Below are positions 19,618 through 28,763 of a stretch of DNA of 64,000 nucleotides, in pieces. Under the pieces are notes generated by a model, which searched no databases, had not been told where the DNA came from, and saw only the letters and a list, made by a program, of their open reading frames with translations. The DNA is from Candidatus Uhrbacteria bacterium (GTDB lineage: Bacteria > Patescibacteriota > Patescibacteriia > JACQRZ01): the NCBI GenBank assembly GCA_016206175.1, contig JACQSB010000019.1, positions 7,079-71,078 of the forward strand, written 5' to 3'. Every line of letters begins with the position of its first letter. The stretch's first letter is position 1. The position numbers and the translations under genes are program-made.

Positions 19618-19738
19618 CCGAAGATCGATACAGGACCGCTGTGTTGCGTTTCGTCTCATATATGAGGATTACTCATATTCTCACAGTTTTGTCTGTCTTG
19701 CAAGCGGTGAGTCAAACTGATATACTTTGGTAATTGTT

Positions 19739-21169
19739 ATGCACAAGATTCAAATCAATCTCCTGGCATGCCGAACAGGATTGCCAAAAAATCGCGATCT
19801 CCTCGATGCGTCTCCGCTTTTTGACGGAGTACGAGGAATTATTCTAGCTGGCGCCATTTTACTCACTACGCTTCTTGGTGCGACCGGCGTGTACTCGTAC
19901 TATTCCTCCCAGCAAGACGATTCTTATGTATCCCGCACCTGGAACTCTTTCATAAAATTTACCGGGCTCGATACACTCAATCATTTTACGGAGGGTTTTT
20001 CAAAAACTCTTCGCGGAGAATCTGACCGCATCAACATAGTACTCGTTGGTATTGGCGGAGAGGGTCATGAGGGTCCTGAACTGGCAGATACGATCATCCT
20101 TGCAAGCGTACAGCCGAAAAGTAAACGCGTCGCTCTGTTTTCATTGCCACGAGACCTTACCGTGCCAATGGAACGATACGGAATCAGAAAAATCAACAAC
20201 GCAAACGCATTTGGAGAACAAGAACAAGAGGGATGGGGTACCGAGTTTATGAGACTCGTTCTCGAAAAGACTTTTGATATCCCGATCCAATATTACATCC
20301 GCATCGACTTTCGTGGATTTGAACAATTGATTGATTCAATCGGCGGGGTGACTGTTACTGTCGAAAATGCATTTACCGACTATAAATATCCAACTCTCGA
20401 TAAAAAATACCAAACAATTTCTTTCGCCGCCGGCGAGCAAATAATGGATGGCGCGACTGCACTGAAATTTGCACGTTCACGACACAGCATGATGAATAAC
20501 GAAGGATCAGATTTTGCGCGGAGTAAACGGCAGCAAAAAATACTCCTCGCAATCAAAGAAAAGATAACGTCATCACAAGTGCTCCTCAATCCCGCCAAGA
20601 TATCCGAAATTATGGGAATCCTGAAGGATAATATCACAACAAATATCTCTTCCTGGGAGTTTGCGCGTTTCCTGTCGTTAGCAAAAAATCTTGATTATAA
20701 TTCGTTAAAAACAGTATCATTCGATGATTCTCCTGACGGCCTGCTGACTTCAGGAGTCGGCGTTGACGGAGCATATATCCTGCAACCCAGAGATGGAACA
20801 TTTCAAGAAATGCGCGCGCGCATCAACACGGTATTTGCAGATACGCCAGATGAAGCCGCACTCACGCATCTTTCAGAGCAGCCCGTCGCGAGCATTAAAA
20901 ACGGTACACTCATCGAAGGATTGGCTACCCGCACCGCGCAAGCGCTGCAGAATGCGGGATTCACTATTGATTTCATTGGTAATGCCGAAGATCGCTCTGT
21001 TGAAAAAACAGTATTGATTGACTTTACCGACGGCAAAAAGAAAGAATCCCTCCGCTATCTGCAAACAATATTCCCCACCGCTGTCATATCGTTTGCAGAG
21101 CAAGAGCAACGAGAAACGTTACAGGGAAGCGATTTTCTCATTGTGTTAGGAACTGACAGCAACCGATAA
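19739..21169 (+). CDS. LytR-CpsA-Psr (LCP) family cell-envelope phosphotransferase
   Basis: N-terminal TM segment, then RINIVLVGIGGEGHEGPELADTIILASV...SLPRDL, typical of LCP domains, plus a C-terminal LytR_C-like segment. ATG at 19739 is preferred over TTG at 19727. Confidence 0.85.
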   Translation: MHKIQINLLACRTGLPKNRDLLDASPLFDGVRGIILAGAILLTTLLGATGVYSYYSSQQDDSYVSRTWNSFIKFTGLDTLNHFTEGFSKTLRGESDRINIVLVGIGGEGHEGPELADTIILASVQPKSKRVALFSLPRDLTVPMERYGIRKINNANAFGEQEQEGWGTEFMRLVLEKTFDIPIQYYIRIDFRGFEQLIDSIGGVTVTVENAFTDYKYPTLDKKYQTISFAAGEQIMDGATALKFARSRHSMMNNEGSDFARSKRQQKILLAIKEKITSSQVLLNPAKISEIMGILKDNITTNISSWEFARFLSLAKNLDYNSLKTVSFDDSPDGLLTSGVGVDGAYILQPRDGTFQEMRARINTVFADTPDEAALTHLSEQPVASIKNGTLIEGLATRTAQALQNAGFTIDFIGNAEDRSVEKTVLIDFTDGKKKESLRYLQTIFPTAVISFAEQEQRETLQGSDFLIVLGTDSNR

Positions 21170-21173
21170 GCCC

Positions 21174-22538
21174 CTAGGGATTTTGGAGCATCTTTCTGAA
21201 TAGCGCCGTCGTGTCTTCTGTTTCAACAATATAATACAATATCCCATTGTCATCGAAGAAGAAATCCCTTACCCGCTGTTCGGGTGAGTTTATCACGTAT
21301 CGATTTTGATCTGGTCTGTTTGCAGTTTCCAAAGCCTCAAGAACGCTGTCGGAAAGCAACAGAGCGTAGGGAGCTGTTTTTGCCATTACAAGTTTCTGAA
21401 TCGGCACCGATAGACGTGCAAGCAGCCTGTTTTGCGCCGTTTTGTCGGAACTCTTCTCAAAAATCAAAGCTTCGAAATCAGACGTCACGGCCACGACTTG
21501 TGAAGTTTTTGAAAAAAATTCCTGAACATAAGCAAGCGGCGTTTGCGCTTTGATGGCGTCGGAAAGATCGATAGTCGTTATTACTCCCCTTATATCCTTT
21601 CCAATTACGAGCGGCAGCAGCACTGCCTCAAGAGTTGTGATATTTTCGCTTGGAAGAAGTTTTCGGGTTCCGACTTTTTTACCTGTGACAGAATCTATGA
21701 GGATGATCGCGCGCTTCTTTTCTGAATATTCTAGGAGGTAGAGAGTGCGTTGAGCGAGTGCGATATCTGCAAATACTCCTGTGAATATTGGGGTGGTCTG
21801 TGCGCCATCCGTTCGTATCCGAATAACTGTTGATCTTGTCAAAACAAATACTGATTTTTCATCATCAGACCAAACAGCATGGATGATCGGGCCAGTAAAG
21901 TCCTTGTCTGGCAGGGGAATCACTGCATTCTCCTCCACGACTGATAGACCACTTTTGGTGGCGATGAGCGCACGCCGATATGTAGGAGTTGGAAACGCAG
22001 TGATAGATTCATCTTTCTTTGCACGATACAGTTGCTCGAATGTACGAGTGTCAACCAGATACCGGATCACCTCTTCGGTTCCATGTAAAAAGATTACCGT
22101 ATTCGGCGTACGCACAAGTATTTGCCGAATGTCTGAATAAGAAAAAATCTTTTCCGGCTCACTGCGAGGAAGCAGTACCGGATCTGTCACCATAGTTACC
22201 GTACCGGATGTCACCGATATGTCCCTGCGATAGGGCTCATACCCGTCTTTTACAAAATCCAAATGATATGTACCGGGAAGGAGATATTTTTTATGAACTG
22301 GAGTACTCGCTCCTTGTGCTCCAGCAATAGTATCACGCAGTCGCCGGATCGGTTCTCCGTTTAATAGAACAGCAGCGCCACTCGGCATTGATTCAACAAT
22401 TAATTCGCCCGTCCGCTCAATGGTATTCTTTGAAGTATTATAACGGTACCCTGAACCGTAAAAAAGAATTGCCGCAGCCGTCATGAAAAATAACAGGACA
22501 AATGTGTAAAACAGAATCCCACGCGTAATTGCTTTCAT
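21174..22538 (-). CDS. PEGA domain-containing membrane-anchored protein
   Basis: 454 aa. N-terminal TM segment, then LIVESMPSGAAVLLNGEPI...PGTYHLDFVKDGYEPYRRDISV (PEGA pattern). The remaining roughly 330 aa are unknown. Confidence 0.65.
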   Translation of the reverse strand: MKAITRGILFYTFVLLFFMTAAAILFYGSGYRYNTSKNTIERTGELIVESMPSGAAVLLNGEPIRRLRDTIAGAQGASTPVHKKYLLPGTYHLDFVKDGYEPYRRDISVTSGTVTMVTDPVLLPRSEPEKIFSYSDIRQILVRTPNTVIFLHGTEEVIRYLVDTRTFEQLYRAKKDESITAFPTPTYRRALIATKSGLSVVEENAVIPLPDKDFTGPIIHAVWSDDEKSVFVLTRSTVIRIRTDGAQTTPIFTGVFADIALAQRTLYLLEYSEKKRAIILIDSVTGKKVGTRKLLPSENITTLEAVLLPLVIGKDIRGVITTIDLSDAIKAQTPLAYVQEFFSKTSQVVAVTSDFEALIFEKSSDKTAQNRLLARLSVPIQKLVMAKTAPYALLLSDSVLEALETANRPDQNRYVINSPEQRVRDFFFDDNGILYYIVETEDTTALFRKMLQNP

Positions 22539-23977
22539 AGAAGATTGTCACGAAGTTGTAATCGGATCTTTGTCCGCGCAAGCGGCGTTTTTGCAAACTC
22601 CAGCCATGCCGGGCTCGGACTCTTGCGATTCTTTTCGATCATAATTTCTACAACATCGCCGCTGTGTAATCGTGTACTCAATGGCTGTAGTTGATTGTTG
22701 ATCTTTGCTCCCGCGCATCGGCGCCCGATATCGCTATGAATCGCGTAGGCAAAATCAATCGACGTTGCATCTTCCGCCAAGTTGATAATATCTCCTTTTG
22801 GCGTGAATACAAAAATGCGGTTTTTAAACAAATCCAATGTCACGGCAGAAAACGATTCATCTGCTGTTGCATCTTTATCTTTCCATACACTCACGATCTC
22901 TTGCAACCAATCGAGATTTTTGGTGATCTGCCTTGACCGTTTGTGCGATTCGTCATAGTGCCAATGCGCCGCGATACCGAATTTTGCCTGCGCGTGCATT
23001 TCCGGCGTCTGGATCTGAAACTCGACAATCTCCCCTTTCTCGCAAAAGACTGTTGTATGAAGCGCGCGATAGTTGTTCGCCTTTGGCTGAGCAATATAGT
23101 CTTTTATCCGTTTTGGCAGCGGCCGCCAGTATTGGTGGATAATCCCAAGCACTGCATAGCAATCTGCAACTGTTGGGACAACAACCCGAAGCGCCGTGAT
23201 ATCATAAATGCCCTCGATGGAAGGCAAGCCTTTTTTCATCATTTTTTTGTGCACGCTATACAGAGATTTCACCCGCCGTTCAAAAAGGATTGGCTGTATT
23301 CCGTGTTCCCGTAATTTTTCTTCTACGCTATCTTTCAATCTCTCAATATATTCTTCCTTCCCCTTAAGAATAGGGCCTGATGATACATATAACAGATAAA
23401 ACTCATCGACGTACACATACGGGAACGCAAGATCTTCCAGTTTGCTCTTCATATACCAGATACCAAGGCGATCGGCAATGGGGCAGTAAATCTCAAGCAC
23501 TTCACGCGCAATGCGGTATTGCTTGTCGCGCGGCAATGCAGAAAGCGTTTCCAGATTATGGTAACGGTCCGCGAATTTAATAAGGATAATGCGGATATCC
23601 TGCGCAATACTCACAAACATCTTGCGCAGGTCTTCAGCGTAGCGTTCAATACCGCGGTATTTGAGGTTTCCAAGTTTGCTTACCCCAACCACCAGTTGCG
23701 TAACATCAGGGCCAAAATTTTTTTTCAATTCATCAACGCTTACACTCGTCTCGTCCAATATATCATGGAGCATTCCCGCGATTATCGTCGCTTCGTCCAT
23801 GTGTATTTTGGCAAGACGGTATGCGGTTGCCAAGCAATGCTGGATGTATTCTTCGCCATTCTTCCGCATCTGGCCCTTATGCGCTTCGGCAGCAAATTCA
23901 TACGCAAGCTCCAAAAGGCTCGTATCAGCCTCGGGCTTGTATTCTTTGATCAGGGTAAGTACGTCAGGAAGAGTCAT
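22535..23977 (-). CDS. RelA/SpoT homolog, bifunctional-type (p)ppGpp hydrolase/synthetase, short form ending after the TGS domain
   Basis: 480 aa. HD hydrolase region (HCLATA...GMLHDILDET), synthetase region (YIAQPKANNYRALHTTV), and TGS (VFTPKGDIINLAEDATSIDFAYAIHSDIG). No room for the ZFD/ACT C-terminal region. Confidence 0.9.
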   Translation of the reverse strand: MTLPDVLTLIKEYKPEADTSLLELAYEFAAEAHKGQMRKNGEEYIQHCLATAYRLAKIHMDEATIIAGMLHDILDETSVSVDELKKNFGPDVTQLVVGVSKLGNLKYRGIERYAEDLRKMFVSIAQDIRIILIKFADRYHNLETLSALPRDKQYRIAREVLEIYCPIADRLGIWYMKSKLEDLAFPYVYVDEFYLLYVSSGPILKGKEEYIERLKDSVEEKLREHGIQPILFERRVKSLYSVHKKMMKKGLPSIEGIYDITALRVVVPTVADCYAVLGIIHQYWRPLPKRIKDYIAQPKANNYRALHTTVFCEKGEIVEFQIQTPEMHAQAKFGIAAHWHYDESHKRSRQITKNLDWLQEIVSVWKDKDATADESFSAVTLDLFKNRIFVFTPKGDIINLAEDATSIDFAYAIHSDIGRRCAGAKINNQLQPLSTRLHSGDVVEIMIEKNRKSPSPAWLEFAKTPLARTKIRLQLRDNLL

Positions 23978-23985
23978 GGGGTGAT

Positions 23986-24243
23986 CTACTTATACACACC
24001 GTGGTCCCCTACCGCAAGAAGCGTAGCTTCCTCTGGGGAGGAAAAAATAAAGACAATCTGGTACCGATAATTTACGGAAAAACTCAAACGTCCTTCAAGC
24101 GGACCGTTGAGCTTGTGGGTTTTTAGAAATTGATGGTTGTGATCTGACTGAAAAAGCGCAATTCTCTCTTTTATCTCTTGCTGCAAATTTTGAGGAAGCT
24201 TCTTGTATGCCCTGACAAAAGCAGGAGCGAACTTCACGGTCAT
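23986..24243 (-). CDS. RelE/ParE-superfamily type II toxin
   Basis: 85 aa. FAPAFVRAYKKLPQNLQQEIKERIALFQSD...LKTHKLNGPLEGRLSFSVNYRYQIVF. ATGA overlap with the upstream antitoxin gene. Confidence 0.75.
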   Translation of the reverse strand: MTVKFAPAFVRAYKKLPQNLQQEIKERIALFQSDHNHQFLKTHKLNGPLEGRLSFSVNYRYQIVFIFSSPEEATLLAVGDHGVYK

Positions 24244-24458
24244 AGCTTTGCTGCCAACTCGTCAAGATCGCCGGAGAGAGCTTTTCCTTCACATACTTCA
24301 CGTTCTGCGTTCAGCACATCGGCAACCGCTTGATCTTCAATATACTTTTCAAGTGCGCGACGAGCAAGATCGGCTTTGTTTGCCGCCCGTCCATTTTTAA
24401 TCAATTCCTCAATTTTCTCTGATAGGTGCGTCGTGAGTGGTACGGTAAGAATGCCCAT
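24240..24458 (-). CDS. Antitoxin, ribbon-helix-helix (ParD/CopG-like)
   Basis: 72 aa. N-terminal beta-strand plus two helices (ILTVPLTTHLSEKIEELIKNGRAANKADLARRALEKYI). 4-bp ATGA overlap with the toxin gene. Confidence 0.6.
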   Translation of the reverse strand: MGILTVPLTTHLSEKIEELIKNGRAANKADLARRALEKYIEDQAVADVLNAEREVCEGKALSGDLDELAAKL

Positions 24459-24637
24459 AATAATAGGATAAATATGAGTAATAATTTATAATATGATTTT
24501 ATATTACTCCAATCTTTTTGTCAAGGTTTCAACTGTTGCGGATTTTCATCCAACAATCGTTCACCAAGAGGTCTAATTGACTGCTCTTTCATTCTCCACC
24601 ATAATAAAAACACTTAATAATTATCACATCTCGCTCC

Positions 24638-24805
24638 ATGAAAAAATATATTTGTCCGCCGTGCGGATATATCTATGATCCTGTACTTGGGGATCCAGAT
24701 GGTGGCATTGCTCCCGGAACAGCATTCGAAGACATCCCTGATGACTGGATTTGTCCAGTATGTGGGGTGAGTAAAGATGTTTTTGAGCCATACGATGAAA
24801 TGTAA
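24638..24805 (+). CDS. Rubredoxin
   Basis: 55 aa, below the ORF-track cutoff. [55 protein letters not shown] carries both CxxCG knuckles. Confidence 0.92.
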   Translation: MKKYICPPCGYIYDPVLGDPDGGIAPGTAFEDIPDDWICPVCGVSKDVFEPYDEM

Positions 24806-24832
24806 TCTCCATTTATACATAATTATTACGAT

Positions 24833-25420
24833 ATGACAGAACGCCAATGTCCAGCGCTGCCAACGATTGGTCAGCCAGTACCGAATATCACGATGAGTGT
24901 CTTTCACAATAATGAAGTCTCTCCGACAAACCTTCATGCATTCAAGGGTAAATGGCTCGTGCTCTTTTTTTACCCGGCAGATTTCACATTTATCTGCCCA
25001 ACAGAATTAGAAGAACTTGCTGATCAGTATGAATCATTCCAGGCATTGAATACCGAGATCGTGAGCGTCAGCACAGATACCGCATTCGTTCACAAAGCAT
25101 GGCATGATAATTCACCGGCAATTCAAAAAATAGCATACCCTATGGCAGCTGATCCTGCGCATACACTCTGTAGAGCATTTGGCGTCTACCTCGAACATGA
25201 AGGCGTCGCGTTGCGCGGCACATTCATTATTGATCCGGAAGGCGTGCTCAAAGCATTCGAAATACATGATAATAGCATCGGCAGAAGCGCAAGTGAGCTT
25301 TTACGCAAGATCAAGGCGGCACAGTATGTACAACAAAATCCCGGGCAGGTATGCCCTGCCTCATGGGAACCAGGAAAAGCAACGCTCAAGCCGGGACTTG
25401 ATCTTGTCGGAAAAATATAA
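24833..25420 (+). CDS. Typical 2-Cys peroxiredoxin (AhpC/Prx1 type)
   Basis: [14 protein letters not shown] peroxidatic Cys motif and C-terminal GQVCPASW resolving Cys motif. Confidence 0.92.
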   Translation: MTERQCPALPTIGQPVPNITMSVFHNNEVSPTNLHAFKGKWLVLFFYPADFTFICPTELEELADQYESFQALNTEIVSVSTDTAFVHKAWHDNSPAIQKIAYPMAADPAHTLCRAFGVYLEHEGVALRGTFIIDPEGVLKAFEIHDNSIGRSASELLRKIKAAQYVQQNPGQVCPASWEPGKATLKPGLDLVGKI

Positions 25421-25430
25421 TCGCATACGT

Positions 25431-25994
25431 ATGTACGAACCAAAAAACTTTGACCACCTTCTCGGTACGCCTGGTTTTTCCGATGCACTTCTGAAAAACC
25501 ACTTTGCCTTGTATGAAGGATATGTGAAAAACACAAACCTTCTCATTCAACTCTTGAGCTCCAAGGAAGCAAATACTCCTGAATATGCCGAACTCCAACG
25601 TCGATTTGGATGGGAGTTCAATGGAATGCGCTTGCACGAATTGTATTTCGGCAACATGACAAAAATACCCCAAATCCCTCACAGCGCAACGGAAGAAAAA
25701 CTCAATACTGTATACGGAAGTATTGAAAATTGGAAGAAAAATTTTGTTGCAGTGGGAGCGATGCGGGGCATTGGCTGGACGATGATCGTGCAGGACAATC
25801 AAAGTAATGAACTATTCAATATCTGGGTCAACGAACATGATGTCGGTCATTTAGTGGGGACGACCCCTCTCCTTGTCATGGATGTATTTGAGCATGCCTT
25901 TATGCTCGACTACGGACTCAAACGCGCCGATTATATTGAAGCGTTCTTCAAGGCGATTGATTGGGGAGCCGTCGAGAAAAGATTGACGGCGTGA
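25431..25994 (+). CDS. Fe/Mn-family superoxide dismutase
   Basis: 187 aa from the ATG at 25431. FNGMRLHELYFGNM and MDVFEHAFMLDY correspond to the D-x-(W/F)-E-H-A metal-ligand box. The track's 25179 start would overlap the peroxiredoxin gene. Confidence 0.8.
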   Translation: MYEPKNFDHLLGTPGFSDALLKNHFALYEGYVKNTNLLIQLLSSKEANTPEYAELQRRFGWEFNGMRLHELYFGNMTKIPQIPHSATEEKLNTVYGSIENWKKNFVAVGAMRGIGWTMIVQDNQSNELFNIWVNEHDVGHLVGTTPLLVMDVFEHAFMLDYGLKRADYIEAFFKAIDWGAVEKRLTA

Positions 25995-26003
25995 GATATA
26001 AGA

Positions 26004-26040
26004 GAAAGCCCTGGCGGTAGCCATGGCTTTCTTATTATTT
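26004..26040. terminator. Bidirectional intrinsic terminator between the convergent SOD and asparaginase-like genes
   Basis: gaaagccctgg (26004-26014) / ccatggctttc (26021-26031), 11 bp with one mismatch and a 6-nt loop. Followed by ttattattt on the plus strand. Confidence 0.6.
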
Positions 26041-26542
26041 ATGCGATTCCGTCGCGTTCTTCTTCTTCAAATTCACCGCGCTCTTTGTTTTTTTTCACAT
26101 TGTCCCATCGGAAAAATTTTCCATTCATCGAGATATATACGCCGTGCGGGAGTGTCTGGGCAAATGCGATAGCGCAGCCAAGATTAAATAATCCATCAGA
26201 GCTGCCAAACGTGTAGGGAATCATTGCGCCAGTCAACACGATGGTTTTGTCTTTGATTTTTTTCCCAAGCACCCATGCGGTTTCCGGCATAGTATCGGTG
26301 CCATGGGTGATGACAATCGTTTCCTCTTTCGCTTTGAGACAATTTTCCAAGATAATCTCCCGATCAGAGTCCGTCATAAACAGACTGTCGATCATCATAA
26401 GGGTACGAACATCAATATCAACTCGACAGCGCGCTAGCCGCAGCATCTCGGGGACATGGGTGTCCTTCAACACAAATTCACCGTTCAGCTCATTGTATTC
26501 CTTGTCAAACGTTCCCCCTGTCACAAAAATACGAAGTTTCAT
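26039..26542 (-). CDS. L-asparaginase N-terminal-domain-only protein (half-size)
   Basis: 167 aa. IFVTGGTFDKEY (TGGT active-site Thr motif) and VITHGTDTM (HGTDT motif). Lacks the C-terminal domain of type I/II asparaginases. Confidence 0.6.
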   Translation of the reverse strand: MKLRIFVTGGTFDKEYNELNGEFVLKDTHVPEMLRLARCRVDIDVRTLMMIDSLFMTDSDREIILENCLKAKEETIVITHGTDTMPETAWVLGKKIKDKTIVLTGAMIPYTFGSSDGLFNLGCAIAFAQTLPHGVYISMNGKFFRWDNVKKNKERGEFEEEERDGIA

Positions 26543-26573
26543 AGAAAAGTACCTTATGTATAAATCGTCTTTG

Positions 26574-28751
26574 CTATTCTTGATGCAACTCTATTTTGAC
26601 GAGATGCCGCGGGTCATTTCCTTCCGGCTTTGTCCATGCAATATACTTGCAATCGGGGTACCGGCTGCACGAATAAAACGACTTGCGGGTCTTTCTGCTG
26701 CGCTTTTGGATTACTTCGCCCTCTCGACATTCCGGACAGGTGATGCCAAGTTTTTTGTCGGTAAGGGAACGGATGTTTTTGCACTCTGGGTATTTGCTGC
26801 ACCCAAGAAATTTCCCAAACCTTCCTGCTTTCAATACCATCGATGATCCGCACTTCTCACAGGGCTCATAGGTTTGATCTTCAGCGCCCGACTCGCTGCC
26901 GGAGTCTGATGGGAGCGAACGGGAATTCCTGCATTCCGGAAATCCGCTGCATGCCAAAAATTTCCCGTAGCGGCTCATCTTCAGCACCATTGGTTTGCCG
27001 CATTTTTCGCATACTTCGTTTGTTGGCTCTGCTTGGGACACTACCTTTCCTAACTCTTGCTCCTTTGCATCAAGATTCTTTTTGAAAGGTGTATAAAACT
27101 CTCGCAGCAGCGGAGCGTACTCTTGCTGTCCTTCAGCTACTTTGTCCAATTCATCTTCCATCCGCGCGGTAAATTGGTAATCAACAATTACTGGAAAATG
27201 TTCCAGCAAAAGATCAGTGACGAGGATGCCAATTTCCGTTGGTTTGAGCCGCCGATCTTCCCGTTGGACGTAATTGCGTTCCACGAGCGTACCGATGGTC
27301 GGCGCATAGGTAGACGGCCGCCCAATGCCGTTTTCTTCAAGGACCTTTACTAAACCTGCTTCCGAATACCGTGCGGGCGGCTTGGTGAAATGCTGATGAG
27401 GCTGTAGTGAGTGAACTGCGACTTCGTCCCCTTTTTGCAACAGAGGAAGGATGGCTTCTTCTGAATCGATCGGATACACCTTCATAAAACCATCCCTGAT
27501 AGTGACGTGGCCGCTTGCGCGAAAGACGTGGTCAGGAATCTTGGCAGATGTTGCTGCGATATCCACTGTTGTCGCCTGAAATACAGCATCTGCCATCTGG
27601 CTTGCAACGGCACGCCGCCAAACCAAACCATACAAAGCATATTGCTGATCAGTAAGATATTCTTTTACGCTTTCGGGCGTACGCTCGACCGACGTCGGAC
27701 GGATCGCTTCGTGCGCCTCTTGCGCGAGCTTTGATTTTGTCGTGTAGCGTTTCGGCCCTATGGCGTATTGCGCTCCGTATTGAGAAGTAATAAAATCTCT
27801 CGCTTCGCCGAGAAACTTTTCTGAAAGATTGACAGAATCCGTGCGCATGTAGGTAATATATCCCCCGCTCTGTTTATCCGCTTCGATACCCTCATAGAGT
27901 TGCTGCGCGATCATCATGGTTTGCTTTGCACCGAAACGTAATCGACGGTTCGCATCCTGCTGCAATGTAGATGTGGTGTACGGCGGATAGGGAGTTTTCT
28001 TCACTTCCTTTGTCTGCTGGTCAGCGACTGACCATGATGCGCCAGTTAAAGCATGGACAACATCGTTTGCGTTTGATTCGTTGGTGAGGGCAAATTTGTC
28101 GAGTGCCGTATCTCCGATACGGAATAATTTCGCGCTGAATTGCGGCTGCTCAACGCCCTTTTGCGAAGCTTCAATATCGATCGTCCAATACTCTTGCGCG
28201 ACAAACGCAAGGATCTCGCGCTCCCGCTCGACGATCAGGCGCAATGCAACCGATTGCACGCGTCCTGCCGAAAGGCCTTTTGCCACCTTTTTCCAAAGCA
28301 ACGGAGATAAGCCATACCCAACAAGCCGGTCAAGGATGCGACGTGCCTGCTGCGCATCCACCATGTGCATATCGATTGATCGCGGATTTTCTAAAGCATG
28401 CCGAATCGCCTCCTCAGTGATTTCATGAAAAGCGATCCGCTTTGCACGCTCTTGCGGCGTGCCAAGCAGATGAAGCAGATGCCATGATATCGCTTCCCCT
28501 TCACGGTCTTCATCAGTTGCAAAATATACTTCATCAGCTTTTGAAGCCAGCTTCTTTAACGCCGTCACGCGTTTTTGGCTTGTACGCGGCACAATATAGT
28601 TCGGCGCAAAATCATGTTCAACATCCACCCCGAGTTTTGACTTTGGAAGATCGCGCACATGCCCAAATGAAGATTCCACGGTATACCCTTTGCCGAGGAA
28701 TCTGCTGATTGTTTTTGCTTTTGTCGGCGATTCAACAATTACTAATTTCAT
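26574..28751 (-). CDS. topA: DNA topoisomerase I
   Basis: Toprim VESPTKAKTI and DEDREGEAISWH, active-site YITYMRTDS, and three C-terminal CxxC...CxxC zinc-ribbon repeats. Confidence 0.96.
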   Translation of the reverse strand: MKLVIVESPTKAKTISRFLGKGYTVESSFGHVRDLPKSKLGVDVEHDFAPNYIVPRTSQKRVTALKKLASKADEVYFATDEDREGEAISWHLLHLLGTPQERAKRIAFHEITEEAIRHALENPRSIDMHMVDAQQARRILDRLVGYGLSPLLWKKVAKGLSAGRVQSVALRLIVEREREILAFVAQEYWTIDIEASQKGVEQPQFSAKLFRIGDTALDKFALTNESNANDVVHALTGASWSVADQQTKEVKKTPYPPYTTSTLQQDANRRLRFGAKQTMMIAQQLYEGIEADKQSGGYITYMRTDSVNLSEKFLGEARDFITSQYGAQYAIGPKRYTTKSKLAQEAHEAIRPTSVERTPESVKEYLTDQQYALYGLVWRRAVASQMADAVFQATTVDIAATSAKIPDHVFRASGHVTIRDGFMKVYPIDSEEAILPLLQKGDEVAVHSLQPHQHFTKPPARYSEAGLVKVLEENGIGRPSTYAPTIGTLVERNYVQREDRRLKPTEIGILVTDLLLEHFPVIVDYQFTARMEDELDKVAEGQQEYAPLLREFYTPFKKNLDAKEQELGKVVSQAEPTNEVCEKCGKPMVLKMSRYGKFLACSGFPECRNSRSLPSDSGSESGAEDQTYEPCEKCGSSMVLKAGRFGKFLGCSKYPECKNIRSLTDKKLGITCPECREGEVIQKRSRKTRKSFYSCSRYPDCKYIAWTKPEGNDPRHLVKIELHQE

Positions 28752-28763
28752 TTGAGCTTTGAG

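Noticed and set aside
19656-19726. 23-codon ORF (MRITHILTVLSVLQAVSQTDILW) and the CTCATATATGAG palindrome upstream of the LCP gene.
   Set aside because: There is no RBS and no conservation evidence. It more likely falls in the promoter region shared by the divergent tRNA-Val and LCP genes.
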